A DNA stretch of 52,538 nucleotides, taken from NCBI GenBank assembly GCA_046582655.1, contig JAYGDX010000098.1:1-52538 (forward strand), given 5' to 3'. Every line of letters begins with the position of its first letter. Within the stretch, counting starts at the first letter, position 1. The stretch is from Candidatus Poribacteria bacterium (GTDB lineage Bacteria; Poribacteria; WGA-4E; UBA9662). The position numbers and the translations under genes were made by a program. Shown piece after piece: positions 21,519 to 30,508 of this stretch. The notes below the pieces were generated by a model that was not told where the DNA came from, did not search any database, and saw only the letters and a list, made by a program, of their open reading frames with translations.

Positions 21519-22777
21519 TCAAATATTTTTGGACCCTTTTATCTTTACTGACACGCCAAATAATCGAGTCAAGATAATAATGTTGTAAGGCAAAGCCACT
21601 AATCACCGATGCAGTCATCTGTTGACCTAGTTTTAGCTTTTTCGGATCAGAGATACCTGCCAACATACCAACTGTATGAAAAACAGCTTTGTCCAACCCT
21701 AACCCAGTTACTTTCTTCAACCAATTAATCCATGGTCCCCTGTAACATAAGAAAGTGAAAATCATACCAGTGATAATGTAAGTTGTTAAATTCTTGAATA
21801 GGATTCTAGGCACTTTGTATTCTGGATTTAAGCTCTGTTGGTACTTACTTTGGGCGTAGGTATAGACGATGCAATGATATTGAACGTTGTGCCCAACGGT
21901 AACAATCGGCGTAATAAAGGCAGCAAAAATCGGATCGGAGAAAGCAACAAAATGGAGTGGGACAATTAGCAGCATATAAAGCAATTTACTGGCATTTAGC
22001 TGTTCCCCTATTAGAAAAAGCTTTAGTTGATAAGATAAGTAAATCACCAAAACAAATAAATACAATAACCCCGCGAACGGATAGAGGATACTGCTAATAG
22101 ATAATGAACCTATAATAGGTCGATGCAAACCCAAGTTGGGATGGCCACGGAGTCCAGGATAAAATGAGCTAGTTATAAACATGACCAAAGGCATGTACAT
22201 AGTCAAGTTGAAAAACCAATAGTCTAACCGATGAGTTCCGTAGTCGTTTGCTTTCCGTTTGTAGAGGGAGAAGAATCCCCAATGTTGCCTGACAACATGG
22301 TAATAAGCCCATAGTCTAAAGAAGGTGAAAAATCCAATAGCACCGATGGTCATAGTTTCCTTTTTGATATAGAAACCGTGTTTTGCTGTGCCATAGGCAA
22401 GAAAATATGGAAACGATATAGCGATCGGCCCGATCAGAAACAAACCAAACGATCCTAATAATTGGGAGCGTCGATTTTTCCATTCGTCAATATCAAACAA
22501 AGTCCGACTAAGTGTCGCCCAAATATGGGGGGCATCCAGAAAAATTGCCCAACTTGTGACAACCAGTAACTGGATAGTAAACGATATTTCAAGGTCACCT
22601 ACACGCAGGCTACCAAAAGATCCTTTTCGAGTATCCGAAAAGTGATGCATACCAGATAATCCCCACATACAGCCAGCCGATCAGAGCAGATCCAACATAA
22701 AATATCAAATCCCGTTTCTGATCAAGTATCCATTCAAAATCCAAACGGTGTTTCATCTTTTTTGGTTCGCATTTCAT
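21511..22777 (-). CDS. His-rich polytopic membrane protein, N-terminus frameshifted
   Basis: Main ORF 21511-22668 is multi-TM with four His motifs. An upstream 55-codon frame (22777-22610, WILDQKRDLIFYVGSALIGWLYVGIIWYA) looks like its first TM helix. Confidence 0.65.
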
Positions 22778-23035
22778 GGCGATTTAGGCTACTTCTGTGT
22801 AAACATGGAGATGTCGTAATCACTGGATAATCCGTTGGAAAATGTGTTCGAAGTTGAATCCAGTAGCGTGATTGAGAAACAGATTATTATCAGAAAAACC
22901 GGCATGATAAAGTGGATTGGATCCGTTTCCTTGAGGGTACGCATTGGCAGCATTATCCAGCAGCATAACTTCAAAATGGTTGTTACCTAGAAGCATCCGA
23001 CGTCTAGTGATTCTTGCATCAGCATGTTATGTAGA

Positions 23036-23878
23036 TCAACTCAAAGACCAAATCTCAGCTGCTGTACCACCCAATATTCTTTTCTTATCATCATCATTTA
23101 AGAAAGGAAGACCTTCTCGAATGAGACCGAGTTCCTGTTCCAAGGTCGGCCAATTATATCTTGTTCGATGATGAGCAGGAAAGCCTGTTCCCCAAACAGT
23201 ATGCTCAACTCCAAAGGCCGAAAGTAATCTTTCAATGAATGGATGCACGTCGTAGTGCGGAAATGGTTCTGCTGAACGACCAGCTACATCCGATAGCTTT
23301 ATATAAACATTGGGATAATCAGCTAAATCAACAATTGGCTGAAAAATCGTTCCATCATCTTGGATGTCGGGATAACCCAGGTGATCGATGATTAACTTCA
23401 GATGCGGATATTTTTGGGCAATCACTTTAATCTGACCTGCAAACTCAGGTCGTGTGTGAAATTGAATAATAGCAGATAAATCAGCAATATTTTTCCACAT
23501 AGGCTCGTTTGATGGCTTAAGCAAGATTTTCTGATTTGGATAATACATTGGATGAAATCGAAATCCGATTAAACCCCGCTCTTCAACCCAATACCGAACT
23601 TGTTCAGCATTATTCGGATCTTCCGGATCGATTAATCCATGTCCAACAAATCGATCGGGAAACCGGGTAACTGAATCAGCGATATAACCATTATCCCACG
23701 TGGACCAGCTAGTCTGTACCAATACGCACCAATTCACGCCGTGCTCATTCATCTCAGCAAGAAGTTGATCTGCCGTTGCTGGCTGATCAGGATAGCTATT
23801 CCAATTTGGCGAAGTCGGTCCCACTGGATATTTGGGTGGATCTATCTCCCATACATGTACGTGTGTGTCGACAATCAT
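23036..23878 (-). CDS. amidohydrolase_2 family protein (sugar-lactonase-like)
   Basis: IVDTHVHVW, VLVQ.S..DN.Y, IIDHLG, YIKLS and WGT.FP motifs. Confidence 0.85.
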   Translation of the reverse strand: MIVDTHVHVWEIDPPKYPVGPTSPNWNSYPDQPATADQLLAEMNEHGVNWCVLVQTSWSTWDNGYIADSVTRFPDRFVGHGLIDPEDPNNAEQVRYWVEERGLIGFRFHPMYYPNQKILLKPSNEPMWKNIADLSAIIQFHTRPEFAGQIKVIAQKYPHLKLIIDHLGYPDIQDDGTIFQPIVDLADYPNVYIKLSDVAGRSAEPFPHYDVHPFIERLLSAFGVEHTVWGTGFPAHHRTRYNWPTLEQELGLIREGLPFLNDDDKKRILGGTAAEIWSLS

Positions 23879-23915
23879 GTAGGATTACCTTCAATCATTA
23901 GGAGTGCAGGCTATT

Positions 23916-24746
23916 TTATGATTTCCGTTTCGGTGGAGTGGCAGATACACCTTCTAATCCTCCGCTAACTCTTAGCACCTCACCCGTAATCCAAGAAGCC
24001 TGAGGGCTACATAGAAAGGTAACGCCCTGCGCAATATCAGTTGGTTCACCCCATCGCCCTAATGGAATAGTGTTTCGGATGCGCTCAATCATCTGGTCTT
24101 CGCTAATATTCAAACTTTCACATCGTTGTGACATCACAGTCTTGTTAAATTCGGTATAAACAGGTCCTGGACTCACAGCATTCACCCGTACACTGTAAGC
24201 CGCCAATTCCAAAGCTAGTGTCTTGGTTAGGCTAATGACGCCTGCTTTAGCTACATTATATGCAGCAACCAATGCGGCGGGACTTTGCCCGTTGATTGAC
24301 GCGATATTGACGATGCTTCCAGATTCCTGATGTTCCATTATCCTGCCAGCAGCACGACAACAATAAAATGTCCCTGTCAAGGTAACGTCTAATACACGCG
24401 CCCATTCAGAATCTTCAAGTTCAACAATAGGGTTAACGTTCTGACCAATACCAGCATTGTTAACCAGAATATCCAACCGCTTGTAATTATCGACAACACG
24501 ATTAAAAAATGTTGTTACACCTTTGCTATCAGTAACATCAAGATAGATCCCATCTACGCTCAAACCTCTTTCTTGTAGACGACCCGCTTCGATCTCGGCC
24601 TTCTCAATTTGCAAATCAGCTATAATCACTGTTGCACCATTGATGGCAAGTTGTCCGACAATTCCTAGCCCCAATCCCTGAGCAGCTCCAGTAACAACTG
24701 CCGTCAGTCCATCAAGATAATATGTTGTATTTTCTCTATCACTCAT
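23916..24746 (-). CDS. SDR family oxidoreductase
   Basis: TGAAQGLG, NNAG, YNVAK (YxxxK) and RVNAVSPG motifs. Confidence 0.92.
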   Translation of the reverse strand: MSDRENTTYYLDGLTAVVTGAAQGLGLGIVGQLAINGATVIIADLQIEKAEIEAGRLQERGLSVDGIYLDVTDSKGVTTFFNRVVDNYKRLDILVNNAGIGQNVNPIVELEDSEWARVLDVTLTGTFYCCRAAGRIMEHQESGSIVNIASINGQSPAALVAAYNVAKAGVISLTKTLALELAAYSVRVNAVSPGPVYTEFNKTVMSQRCESLNISEDQMIERIRNTIPLGRWGEPTDIAQGVTFLCSPQASWITGEVLRVSGGLEGVSATPPKRKS

Positions 24747-24818
24747 AAATTTTCTCTCCAACGCACATAGGCAGTTTACGACTAAGACAATTTATAGAAA
24801 AATCGGTCTTATTAGCGT

Positions 24819-25670
24819 TCATTTAGCATTTGCAGAAAAACACACGGCCTTGAAAGACGCTGCACGTTCCTCTAGGGGACTCTCAATTGCTATGCGTTCG
24901 ATGCTAGATCCCAACTGTACTCCGTGGCAATCTGTGCAATCAAGCATGTATTGTGCGTCTTCAGGGCTGACTAGAGCTGCACCGTGTGCCAGCCGAATTG
25001 CGTCTGGACAAAGCTGCTTGGCAATTTCATAGTGTGCTTGGCTACGCATTGCCATTTCTTCAAGCGATCGTCCTTCTGCATACCCAGTTGTTCCTCCTCG
25101 TGTAATCCCCGCGTGAAATATGAAGATATCTGGTACAGCCGCTTCTAGCAACTGCTCAGTGTCTTTTTTGTTAAAAGCGTAACCGATAGTCAACATGTCT
25201 AGGTCCTGTGCCATTTTGAGCATGTCGATTTCATGCTGGTAGCCGAGACCAGTATTTTCCAACGTCTGACGAAACTCACCATCGAACCATGACACCGTTG
25301 GAAAATTATGCACTCCCGAAAACCCAATCCGCTTGCAGTCTTCAATCAAGAGTCGCATATCACGCAAGACATCTACACCGTTCAGCCCAGCAATAACAGG
25401 CACTTGTTTAACCTGCGGTAATATCTCCTGTCGTCCTATCCGATAGACTATCTCATTGGCATCGGCCATCGGTAGCATTCCTGCGAGTGAACCGTATCCC
25501 TGCATCCGAAAGTAACCCGTGTTATAGACGCCGATGATATCCACACCGCCCCGCTCAATAAATTTAGCCGCGATACCATTTCCAGCTCCCGTCATAACCA
25601 GTGGTCTGGTTTGCTCAATTTCTGTCCATAAACGAGAGAGAAATTCTTGGCGGGAATACCGTTTAGCCAT
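24819..25670 (-). CDS. PEP-hydrolase-like TIM-barrel protein (Tm-1 C-terminal homolog)
   Basis: GAGNGIAAKF, YNTGYFRMQGYGSLAGMLP..DAN, GV.NFPTV and GSSIERI motifs. Confidence 0.85.
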   Translation of the reverse strand: MAKRYSRQEFLSRLWTEIEQTRPLVMTGAGNGIAAKFIERGGVDIIGVYNTGYFRMQGYGSLAGMLPMADANEIVYRIGRQEILPQVKQVPVIAGLNGVDVLRDMRLLIEDCKRIGFSGVHNFPTVSWFDGEFRQTLENTGLGYQHEIDMLKMAQDLDMLTIGYAFNKKDTEQLLEAAVPDIFIFHAGITRGGTTGYAEGRSLEEMAMRSQAHYEIAKQLCPDAIRLAHGAALVSPEDAQYMLDCTDCHGVQLGSSIERIAIESPLEERAASFKAVCFSANAK

Positions 25671-25749
25671 CTCATTCGCCTCCTGCTATTCCATTAAACT
25701 GACTTGGCACGTTTCAAAGCAACCTAGTTTTCAAAACAAATACTAGAGC

Positions 25750-26982
25750 TCAAAGTTTATTCCTGTCGTTTTTTTCAATCAAGGATATCAATAACTCAGA
25801 GGCCTCTGTTGCAAATGCAGCATCTTCAATATGCGTGTCGCGATCTATGACCCGAAAGTTACTGGTTAAATTTGCCTTCAACTCAGCCATGAATGCCGCG
25901 TCTGCTTCTGGATCGTAGAAGCCCATACCTTCAACCGCATAGCTATCATACCCGCCAATTGGATTCATGAAAATTGCTTCATTTTGGGTATGCTTCAGCC
26001 GGCGTGCCACTTCTCTTCCAACTTCAGCCATTTCCACTGCATTCAAACGGACGTCGGTAATCTGAGGGCTATGGGGAATTAATGTCCGGTTTCTATACTT
26101 CTCAGGTACTGTTTTCGGTTCGTTGAAGACCAGCACTTCGATGGCGCCGGGGCAAATAACTTGTGGGATTCCTAGCTTGCCCGCGGTTGTTAGCCGCTCA
26201 GTACCTCCAGCTAGTAAGGCATCGTGCATCTCGTTCGACACTTCAATGGTTGCATAATCGAGCACAGCACCCACAATACCTTCCTTCATCATCTGTTCCA
26301 TGGCGCGGCCGCCTGAACCAACTGCGTGAAATACAATGGTTTCATAACCTGCAGCTTCTAAAACCTCAACGGCTTTCATGGCCCCTTTGGTTGTTATCCC
26401 AACTGTAGTCACAGCTACCAACGGCCTGTCCCCTTGTTCAAGTTCCACATCTACACTTGCCATGCCGCATATAGACGCTGCGGCGTTTGCCAGTATCTTT
26501 CGCATGACCGGATTGAGACCGAGAATGTCAGTTACCGAGAACATCATGGTAATGTCTTTGATGTCTACCCAATGTGCAACATTTCCGGAGGCCATTGTGG
26601 ATACCATTACCTTAGGAAAACCGTATGGTAGAGCACGCATAACTTTAGTAGCTAGTGTGGTACCCTGAGTGCCTCCCATTGCTATAATACCACTCACTTT
26701 ATCTTGGGTAACTAGATCAGTTACAAGATGGGTTGCACCATCAGCCATAATTGGTGCCGCAACTTCCCGTGTAGGGTTTTCAAGTAGCTTTTCCAAAGAA
26801 GTACCACCGGCTTGAGCTACCTGCTGGCGAGTGATGTCGGCCTCAGTCGTCGGTGTGCCTACCACTCCTGTATCAATGACAAGCGCTGTATCACCTAACT
26901 TTTCGATTTGTTGACGCAAATACTCCGCTTCAGTTCCCTTGGTATCCAGTGTTGCTAATACAGCGATGATCTTCCCATTCAT
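25750..26982 (-). CDS. Tm-1-like ATP-binding domain protein (UPF0261)
   Basis: ATLDTKG.E, GG..GT, LPYGFPKVMVSTMASG, D..MMFSVTDI.GLN and FHAVGSGGRAME motifs. SD GGAGG. Confidence 0.9.
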   Translation of the reverse strand: MNGKIIAVLATLDTKGTEAEYLRQQIEKLGDTALVIDTGVVGTPTTEADITRQQVAQAGGTSLEKLLENPTREVAAPIMADGATHLVTDLVTQDKVSGIIAMGGTQGTTLATKVMRALPYGFPKVMVSTMASGNVAHWVDIKDITMMFSVTDILGLNPVMRKILANAAASICGMASVDVELEQGDRPLVAVTTVGITTKGAMKAVEVLEAAGYETIVFHAVGSGGRAMEQMMKEGIVGAVLDYATIEVSNEMHDALLAGGTERLTTAGKLGIPQVICPGAIEVLVFNEPKTVPEKYRNRTLIPHSPQITDVRLNAVEMAEVGREVARRLKHTQNEAIFMNPIGGYDSYAVEGMGFYDPEADAAFMAELKANLTSNFRVIDRDTHIEDAAFATEASELLISLIEKNDRNKL

Positions 26983-27046
26983 GATTAGGCCTCCCAATTT
27001 CAGCGGAAAACACGATAATTTCCAGATAGTTATAACCAGAATAAAC

Positions 27047-28207
27047 CTACATGGTTACCCATGCCGAGTCATTGTTACAAGACTCAACCGCCTTGTAAAT
27101 AAATTGCATGCCTCTCAGACCATCGTAAACCGTTGGAAAGCCGTATTCCTCCGTCTTCATCGGATCGCCATCAATGTGTCGCCGAATGGCCTCAGCGACA
27201 CCAACGTAAATAGTGGCGAAGCCTTCTAGGTAACCTTCTGGATGCCCTGGTGGAATTCGTGTGCTGTCCGCTGCCGATTCAGAGAGATAACCCTGCGCAC
27301 GAGTCAGCGTTTGTCTGGGCTCACCGTAACGATAAAGCTCAAGATAATTTGGATTTTCATGCGCCCATTTAATCGCTCCCTTTTCGGCATAGATCCGGAG
27401 CGTTAACCCATTCTCTTCTCCGGTAGCAACTTGACTAATACTTAAGATACCTTTACCACCACCTTTGAGGCGGAGGAGCGCATTGACATCTTCATCAAGT
27501 TGCCTATCAGGTAAAAACGTGCTCTTATCTGCGCAGATTTCCGCGACCGGATCTCCTGTAACGTACTCTAACAGGTTAATACAATGTGTGCCGACATCTC
27601 CTAAAGTACCACCAATACCTGATTGTTTGGGATCAACTCGCCAAGCGGCTTGCTTCTGACCGAGTTTCTCATGTGGAACCATTAGAAAATCTTGAAGATA
27701 CTCAACTAACACTTTACGAATCTTCCCCATTTCGCCTGAATGGAACAGTTGACGTGCATGCCTGACAAGTGGGTGTCCCGTGTAGTTGTGAGTGAGCGCG
27801 AACACAAGTCCTGATTCCCCTACTAGTTTAACCATAGCTTCGGCTTCATTGAGGCTGTATGCCATGGGTTTATCGCAGACGATATGAAACCCCACTTCCA
27901 GAAAGGCTTTGGCGATAGCGAAATGGGAAACATTCGGCGTCACAATGCTAACAAAGTCAATCCGCTCATCTTCAGGAAGTTTAGCCTCAGTAATAGCCAT
28001 TTCCTGATATGTATCGTAGCAGCGATCTGGATCAAGATACAGCTGTTGGCCAGTAATACGAGTATTTTCAGGTGTTTTTGAGAAACAGCCAGCAACAAGC
28101 TCAATTTGTTGATCAAGCGTGGCAACAATGCGGTGTACGCCACCGATAAAGGCTCCTTGTCCTCCTCCAACCATGCCCATGCGCAATTTACGTTTCCAAG
28201 ATTCCAT
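27047..28207 (-). CDS. Gfo/Idh/MocA family oxidoreductase
   Basis: GMVGGG.GAFIG.VHR, CDKP, GD.GTH and GHPEGYLE motifs. Confidence 0.92.
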   Translation of the reverse strand: MESWKRKLRMGMVGGGQGAFIGGVHRIVATLDQQIELVAGCFSKTPENTRITGQQLYLDPDRCYDTYQEMAITEAKLPEDERIDFVSIVTPNVSHFAIAKAFLEVGFHIVCDKPMAYSLNEAEAMVKLVGESGLVFALTHNYTGHPLVRHARQLFHSGEMGKIRKVLVEYLQDFLMVPHEKLGQKQAAWRVDPKQSGIGGTLGDVGTHCINLLEYVTGDPVAEICADKSTFLPDRQLDEDVNALLRLKGGGKGILSISQVATGEENGLTLRIYAEKGAIKWAHENPNYLELYRYGEPRQTLTRAQGYLSESAADSTRIPPGHPEGYLEGFATIYVGVAEAIRRHIDGDPMKTEEYGFPTVYDGLRGMQFIYKAVESCNNDSAWVTM

Positions 28208-28277
28208 TGTTATCCCTCCTCAGTATACAATTATCCGGTTTTCTTTTCTAACCCCGTTAAGTACTATTTGGGATTGA

Positions 28278-29327
28278 TTAACTCAAGCCAAGAATCTGAC
28301 GGTTCTGCTCCTCATTTGTTTCACCACCCGCAAAGTCATCGAAAGCTACGCTTGCAGTCTCAATAATATGTTTAGCAATAAAAGGTGCGCCTTCGGCTGC
28401 ACCTTGCTCGGGACTTTTAATACAACATTCCCATTCTAAGACTGCCCAACTGGTATAATCCGCTTCTGCCAGTAAAGTGAACACGCTGGTAAAATCGACT
28501 TGACCGTCTCCAAGGGACCGAAACCTTGCTGCTCGCCCAGACCAAGGTTGATAGCCTCCATAGACACCAACACGACCGGTCGGCCGAAACTCTGCGTCCT
28601 TGACATGAAACCCTTTAATACGTTCACCATATAACCTGATGAAATCCAAGTAATCGAGTTGTTGTAACAGAAAGTGGCTGGGATCATAATTCAGACATGC
28701 TGCGGGATGATCATCCGTATAATCAAGGAACATTTCATAGGTGGCTCCATCGTAAACATCTGATCCAGGGTGAAGTTCATACCCTAATACTTTACCTTGT
28801 TCCTTGGCTAAATCTAGGATGGGACGCCAGCATTTAGCGAGTTCTCTGAAAGCTTCTTCGATGATTCCTTCTGGTCTTTGTGGCCACGGATAAACCATCT
28901 GCCAAGCAAAACCACCGGACAACACGGGAATGACTTCTGTGCCCATATTGACCGAGGCACGGATGGTTTTCTTTAACTCCTCCGTTGCCCATTCAGTTCT
29001 GGCATTCCCCTTCAAGCCCGGAGGGTGAAAAGCTTCAAACATGATCTCGTAGGCTGGATGGACAGCCAAGACTTGTCCCGCTAAGTATCCTGCCAACTCG
29101 GTTGGCTCAAGTCCCATTTCTTGAAGCAGGCCTTTAAAATCATCACAATAGGTTTTGGATGCTGCGGCTTGGTCAAGGTCAATGACACGCTCATCCCAAG
29201 CCGGAATCTGAGCGCCTTTATACCCTAAGTCTGCAACCCATTTCCCTATATTTTTCATGTTGTTGTACGGTTCCTCATCGCGCATAAACTGGGCGAGAAA
29301 GATGGCTGGCCCCTTCATTTTTGGCAT
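28278..29327 (-). CDS. sugar phosphate isomerase/epimerase (xylose-isomerase-like TIM barrel)
   Basis: KGPAIFLAQF, YELHPG, YDPSH, FHVKDAEF and VLEWECC metal-ligand motifs. Confidence 0.9.
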   Translation of the reverse strand: MPKMKGPAIFLAQFMRDEEPYNNMKNIGKWVADLGYKGAQIPAWDERVIDLDQAAASKTYCDDFKGLLQEMGLEPTELAGYLAGQVLAVHPAYEIMFEAFHPPGLKGNARTEWATEELKKTIRASVNMGTEVIPVLSGGFAWQMVYPWPQRPEGIIEEAFRELAKCWRPILDLAKEQGKVLGYELHPGSDVYDGATYEMFLDYTDDHPAACLNYDPSHFLLQQLDYLDFIRLYGERIKGFHVKDAEFRPTGRVGVYGGYQPWSGRAARFRSLGDGQVDFTSVFTLLAEADYTSWAVLEWECCIKSPEQGAAEGAPFIAKHIIETASVAFDDFAGGETNEEQNRQILGLS

Positions 29328-29680
29328 GGTTTCCCCCTTTAATAATTATATTAATTGTGCTCTAATTGAACAAGTTTCCTTAATTAATTTAAACTCTAAA
29401 ACGAGCCAACTTGTGGTTTAAGCTTCGGGCTTAGTCGCCTGGCTCAAATCCAAAGGCAACGAATATAGATCCAAGTCCCCGATCAACTAATCTACTTGAT
29501 AATATCATATAAATCGCCAAAATAGTAAACTGCTAATGATTTAGGATATGTGTCCAAAAGAGGAAGTAACACTTAATAATAATGGGGGAAATTTGCTAGC
29601 CATGCTACAATTGCGTCAAATCTTAAGATCAAGCTCTATTTTGCTTGTCTTCATTCCTCAAAGATAGAGGATTTCCAACT

Positions 29681-30454
29681 TTGATTAAGGCAATTACTTT
29701 TGATTTTTGGCAAACGATATATATTGACAGTCAAGAATTAAATATAAAACGAGATGAACTACGAGCATTTAAAATCTGGAAATATCTTACTGAAATTGGA
29801 CATAATCTTAGACTGGTAGATGTTGAGCAATCGGTCCAAATCGCAAATGACTTTGGCCTGTCACTTTGGTATGAAGGGCTTGTTATTTCCATTGATGATT
29901 GTATTTCTGAGGTAGGTAAAGTTCTTGGAATTGCATTCAATGGAGAAAAAACCCGTACAATCACTGAAATAATGGGAATGGCAACATTGGAAACGGCACC
30001 CACACTTGCGCCTTTCATTCAAACTGAATTGCCTGGACTGGCCAAAAAATATCGATTGGGAATCGTATCAGATACAGGATTGACATCTGCCAGATTTTTA
30101 CGTCGGTTACTTTCACGAGATAAGATTATTTCACACTTCACAGCACTTGGCTTTTCAGACGAAATGGGATACTCAAAACCCGAACCAACCATATTTCACC
30201 TTACACTACAACAGCTAGGAGTTGCCTCTTCTGAATCGGTACATATCGGAGATTTGGTGCAGACAGATATTCGCGGTGCCAAAAGTGCCGGGATGAGGAC
30301 AATCCAATATGCTAATGGAGCGCAAAAACAATATAACAATGAATTTAAGACAGGTAACCAGAACTTGGTAGCAGATGCAATTATAGATGATTTCCGCAAC
30401 ATAAAAGCGATAATTGGTAAATTGAAATTTAACCGATCTTACTTGGCAAGTTGA
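29681..30454 (+). CDS. HAD family hydrolase (subfamily IA)
   Basis: ITFDFWQT motif I, GIVSDT, SKPEPTIF and HIGD...DI.GAK.AGM. TTG start at 29681. Confidence 0.88.
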   Translation: MIKAITFDFWQTIYIDSQELNIKRDELRAFKIWKYLTEIGHNLRLVDVEQSVQIANDFGLSLWYEGLVISIDDCISEVGKVLGIAFNGEKTRTITEIMGMATLETAPTLAPFIQTELPGLAKKYRLGIVSDTGLTSARFLRRLLSRDKIISHFTALGFSDEMGYSKPEPTIFHLTLQQLGVASSESVHIGDLVQTDIRGAKSAGMRTIQYANGAQKQYNNEFKTGNQNLVADAIIDDFRNIKAIIGKLKFNRSYLAS

Positions 30455-30508
30455 AGACCAAAGCCCCTTCGCAAAATCGACGATTTCTGAAATACCAAAA
30501 CAGGATAA

